DNA of 41,176 nucleotides from a virus (lineage: Duplodnaviria > Caudoviricetes), in the IMG/VR virus record IMGVR_UViG_3300020045_006301, positions 1-41,176 of that record. One strand, written 5' to 3'. The position numbers were made by a program, and so were the translations under genes. Positions 38,201 through 41,176 of the stretch are shown here, piece after piece. Every line of letters begins with the position of its first letter. The stretch's first letter is position 1. Below the pieces are notes generated by a model. That model was not told the DNA's origin. It searched no databases and saw only the letters and a list, made by a program, of their open reading frames with translations.

Positions 38201-38334
38201 GCATAACAGTAGTCTTGAGCTAGTGGCAGTTGGTTTTGTATCCGAAAAGACTCGGATAGTCTTAATTATTGTTTTATTTTTGTTGGCAACTGTCTTGAAT
38301 CGAGCCACCATAACAAGGCTACGAAACGTTATCA
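38201..38334. repeat. attC-like site B (134 bp)
   Basis: TAAC-A-GTAGTCTTG-AGCTAGTGGC ... GCCACCATAA-CAAGGCTAC-GAAAC-GTTA; inner stems GGCAGTTG/CAACTGTC and TATCCGA/TCGGATA. Confidence 0.75.
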
Positions 38335-38346
38335 TTTATTTATACG

Positions 38347-38368
38347 CAAATATAAACATTAAATTTAA
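38347..38368 (-). promoter_or_regulatory. 22-bp motif, copy 5, pointing into the cassette array
   Basis: Exact repeat 12 bp from site B. Confidence 0.8.
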
Positions 38369-38372
38369 ATAA

Positions 38373-40283
38373 TTACCAATACCCGCTATTTTTTTTCTTT
38401 TTATTTTCAACTGGTTTTGGTTTATCTGCAATTTTAACTACCTCAATCATACTTTGTATTTTTATTTTCTCCCAAGTATCGTCTTTAAATCTATCGATTC
38501 CGATAATATAAGAAGCAGCACGGGCGTAATTTCTAACATCTAAAGCCTCGTTTCTGGCTCCTGATTTTTTTGTCCACTGATATTCTGCAAAACCTTTTTT
38601 ATTGACTACCTGAACCTGCTGTTCGGCCGTAAGCATATTAAAATAATGTCGGTCATATTGCGGGAAGTGACAATACCCTTCTGGATAAACTTCAACCATT
38701 CCGTTTTCGCCTTCAATTTCAGTAGGCTTTAATTTTAGAAATCCATATAATTCAGATTTCAATAAACTGGTTCCTAAATACCAGATTTTACGAGCTTCTA
38801 TTTTTTTTCCACTACGAGCCACGTTGTAAGCCCTTGGAGGCGATACCATAACATCTTTTACGCTGTCACGCCCCATTATCGGAACCACTTTTGAATACGG
38901 AAATTTGGATGTAAAGTCATAAACAGTAGATGTTTTGAAACCGGCATCTATACAAGTCAAATTTATCGACATCATATTATAATCACATTCATATTGTTTC
39001 GTGATCTGATTTGATAATTTTTCCCAAACATCAGGTTTCGAAGTGTCTCCAACGAAAACAAAGTATTCAATTGACCATGTCTCACGACCTCTACCCCAGC
39101 CGACAACCTCGCCTTCGATACGGTCGCCTTGAATATCTACACCCATGGTCAAAAAGTAAACGCCTTCCGGAATGGTTCCAATTTCGTAAGATTCCCTGCG
39201 ATTGTATAAGTTTTCAGAATCTGGTGCATCGCCTTTTATTTTAAACGTTTCTCCGAGTACAGTATTTACAAATGTTCGATACTTATTCACATCGTTTTTA
39301 ACCTTCAAATAATCTCGAATAACTTCTTCCCATGAATAAAATCCAGCAGGAGAATATAAACTTGAAAGATGATAGCTGTACTTTCTTGGATTGTTTGAAA
39401 TTGCTGTTGGTATCCATTCAGCAAAACCGCCATGGTCTTTTTCAGCAAGCATTGCGGTTTTATGCCTTTCCTCATGTAAAAAACCACATTCAGGACAAGC
39501 CATTCTGGTTGTTTCCGGTTTGGATTCATCATAGGTCAAGTATTCAAATTTCAAAACAAATAAATCATTACAACCTTGACATTCTACATTATAATATCTT
39601 TGGTCTCCGTCTAAAAATTCCGCCCAAATAACAGACTCGCCTTCATTGGTTGGCGTGCTGGCTAAGAACAATTTTCTGTTTTGGAACGTTCTTGCTCTGG
39701 CACGTGCCAAATCTACAGGCGAACCTTCTTGACCTGCTGACAACGGATAACGGTCAACTTCATCCAGCATTATTTTAGCGGCTGGCGTACTAGATAATCC
39801 TACAGGACTATTAGCTCCGATCATCAACAAAACCCCGCCAGGAAAACTTTTTGATGTGATTGTATTTTCTGCATCTTTCGAACCAACAGCTTTAATTTTT
39901 GAACTCAAGGACGGAGCTGCATCAATCATTGGTTTTATCCTGGTCCTGGAATTCTTTTTTATAGCTTCGTCTGTCGGCATGACTAGCAAAATAATTGACG
40001 GGTTCATATCAATAGAATACCCGACAAAATTATTCATTGTTTCAGTTGCTCCAACTTGTGCGCCTTTAGCAAAAACAACTTCTTGTGCGTGTGAAGTTTT
40101 ACCTAAGTGATCCTGAATTTCACGAAGGAAAGGTGTTCTTTCAACTCTATATCGACCAGGTTCAGCAGATGAAACAGAGGTTAAAAATCTGTTTTGGTTA
40201 GCCCACTCCGAAACAGTTAAATTTGGAATCGGACGCAATCCGCTTGCAAATGGTTTTCGAATTAATGCTTCTTCATCTATCAT
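38373..40283 (-). CDS. Terminase large subunit, lambda GpA family
   Basis: KGAQVGATE, LDEVDRYP, STPT, FVNTVLGE, GVDIQ, RNEALD. Confidence 0.95.
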   Translation of the reverse strand: MIDEEALIRKPFASGLRPIPNLTVSEWANQNRFLTSVSSAEPGRYRVERTPFLREIQDHLGKTSHAQEVVFAKGAQVGATETMNNFVGYSIDMNPSIILLVMPTDEAIKKNSRTRIKPMIDAAPSLSSKIKAVGSKDAENTITSKSFPGGVLLMIGANSPVGLSSTPAAKIMLDEVDRYPLSAGQEGSPVDLARARARTFQNRKLFLASTPTNEGESVIWAEFLDGDQRYYNVECQGCNDLFVLKFEYLTYDESKPETTRMACPECGFLHEERHKTAMLAEKDHGGFAEWIPTAISNNPRKYSYHLSSLYSPAGFYSWEEVIRDYLKVKNDVNKYRTFVNTVLGETFKIKGDAPDSENLYNRRESYEIGTIPEGVYFLTMGVDIQGDRIEGEVVGWGRGRETWSIEYFVFVGDTSKPDVWEKLSNQITKQYECDYNMMSINLTCIDAGFKTSTVYDFTSKFPYSKVVPIMGRDSVKDVMVSPPRAYNVARSGKKIEARKIWYLGTSLLKSELYGFLKLKPTEIEGENGMVEVYPEGYCHFPQYDRHYFNMLTAEQQVQVVNKKGFAEYQWTKKSGARNEALDVRNYARAASYIIGIDRFKDDTWEKIKIQSMIEVVKIADKPKPVENKKKKNSGYW

Positions 40284-40942
40284 TTAAGTTCACGTGAATT
40301 TATATCAGACAACAGTTCTAAAGTATTATGAATTTCGTCAACTAAAATTTTTCTGGCTTCGTGACGTTTTTCGGCCACGGCTAAAATCCTGTCGATAATT
40401 CTATCAGGGATACTTTCAAATGCGTTTCTTATTTCTTGTCCATATCCAAATAAAACAGAATTTACTCTATCGATTGGAACCAATTGACCTTGTTTCTCTT
40501 TGTAAGCAATCTGTAGAATTTTTGCCTTCAAAACAGCCGTTACACGTTCAGCTTCTGGTTTATCTATGTAACCGTCTAAATCAGCAGAAACAGTTTCGTC
40601 TGCTAAGTCATCAGCATCAGCACTCGGTAATTTTTCGTGCATTATTTCCTCAACAAATTCCTCAATGGTTTCAGCTTCTTTTTTTGGTTTTTTTGGAGCT
40701 GGTATCGGTTTTACCGAGGCTGGTTTTTTTACGACTGGTTTTTTAATTTCAATATGTTCAGATAAAAATTCCTTAAGAATTGGTTTGCCCCATTCATTGG
40801 AGGCAATCGAAGGAATGAATTTACCATCAGCAGTCAAACCATTCAGAATTGATCCACGGTTTTTTGCTTTACGCACAGCTCCTTCTGATTGACCCGTAAG
40901 TCTCGCTAGTTCACGTCCTGAAACTGGTTTATTTAAATCCAT
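40280..40942 (-). CDS. Terminase small subunit (probable)
   Basis: N-terminal HTH (SGRELARLTGQSEGAVRKA), KQGQLVP motif, ATGA overlap with the large subunit. Confidence 0.7.
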   Translation of the reverse strand: MDLNKPVSGRELARLTGQSEGAVRKAKNRGSILNGLTADGKFIPSIASNEWGKPILKEFLSEHIEIKKPVVKKPASVKPIPAPKKPKKEAETIEEFVEEIMHEKLPSADADDLADETVSADLDGYIDKPEAERVTAVLKAKILQIAYKEKQGQLVPIDRVNSVLFGYGQEIRNAFESIPDRIIDRILAVAEKRHEARKILVDEIHNTLELLSDINSRELK

Positions 40943-41151
40943 CCAAGTTGTTTTTGTGCGGTTGGAGTTAGTTCAATATCGTAAGTCGTTAACGATTCTA
41001 CAGTCTCAAACTTTTCAACGCCTATTAATTTAAATTCATCAAGTCCAAAATACCAATAGTTTTCAATGTCGTCTTCAAAGGAATATATTTCAAACAAAAC
41101 ACGTTTTTTTGCTCTTTGGTATTCTTTTCTTAAAATAGCTTCTTGTTTCAT
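40933..41151 (-). CDS. Hypothetical protein
   Basis: 72-aa ORF overlapping the next gene by 10 nt. Confidence 0.55.
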   Translation of the reverse strand: MKQEAILRKEYQRAKKRVLFEIYSFEDDIENYWYFGLDEFKLIGVEKFETVESLTTYDIELTPTAQKQLGWI

Positions 41152-41176
41152 TCCTTCACTATCTGTTTCGTAAAAC

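Larger units (their letters stand above)
37443..38334. mobile_element. Integron-like two-cassette array without an integrase (CALIN-like)
   Basis: GTTATCAC-gene-GTGATAAC-[IR]-GTTATGC-gene-GCATAAC-[IR]-GTTATCA. Confidence 0.7.

Noticed and set aside
37727-38334. The two long inverted repeats as terminators or MITEs
   Set aside because: No U-tracts, no target-site duplications, and the stems are not copies of each other; the shared TAAC/GTTA geometry fits cassette sites better.
9531-38368. 22-bp repeat as a CRISPR repeat or prophage att core
   Set aside because: Copies are kilobases apart, in both orientations, always at promoter positions; no cas or integrase gene is seen.
38085-38372. 95-aa plus-strand ORF across site B
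   Set aside because: It runs through the inverted repeat and promoter antisense to the operon and has no recognisable features.

Overview
Almost the whole window (about 1,460-41,176) is an AT-rich Bacteroidota (probably Flavobacterium-like) phage with a contractile tail. It has a lambda-type head module (small terminase, GpA terminase, gpW, lambda portal, fused protease-capsid) and a P2-like tail and baseplate. It also carries a signal-peptide-bearing tailspike-like protein, a GH108 endolysin, a RecE/RecT/DUF3127/PIF1 recombination block, and a replication and DNA-processing block (primase-helicase, SF2 helicase, DEDDh exonuclease, VRR-NUC, IbrA/IbrB pair). No integrase, CRISPR array or tRNA is seen. 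The first ~1.45 kb is a GC-richer mosaic of podovirus-like gene pieces in alternating orientation, joined mid-gene to the phage, and is probably chimeric. The most interesting structure is a two-cassette, integron-like array between the terminase and gpW genes (37,443-38,334). It has two ~130-bp TAAC...GTTA inverted-repeat sites with a shared non-canonical 1-nt versus 5-nt asymmetry, and each cassette has self-complementary ends. The array lies directly downstream of a 22-bp promoter/operator motif present in five exact copies, mostly in front of accessory genes. All family assignments are from motif recognition, not database searches.
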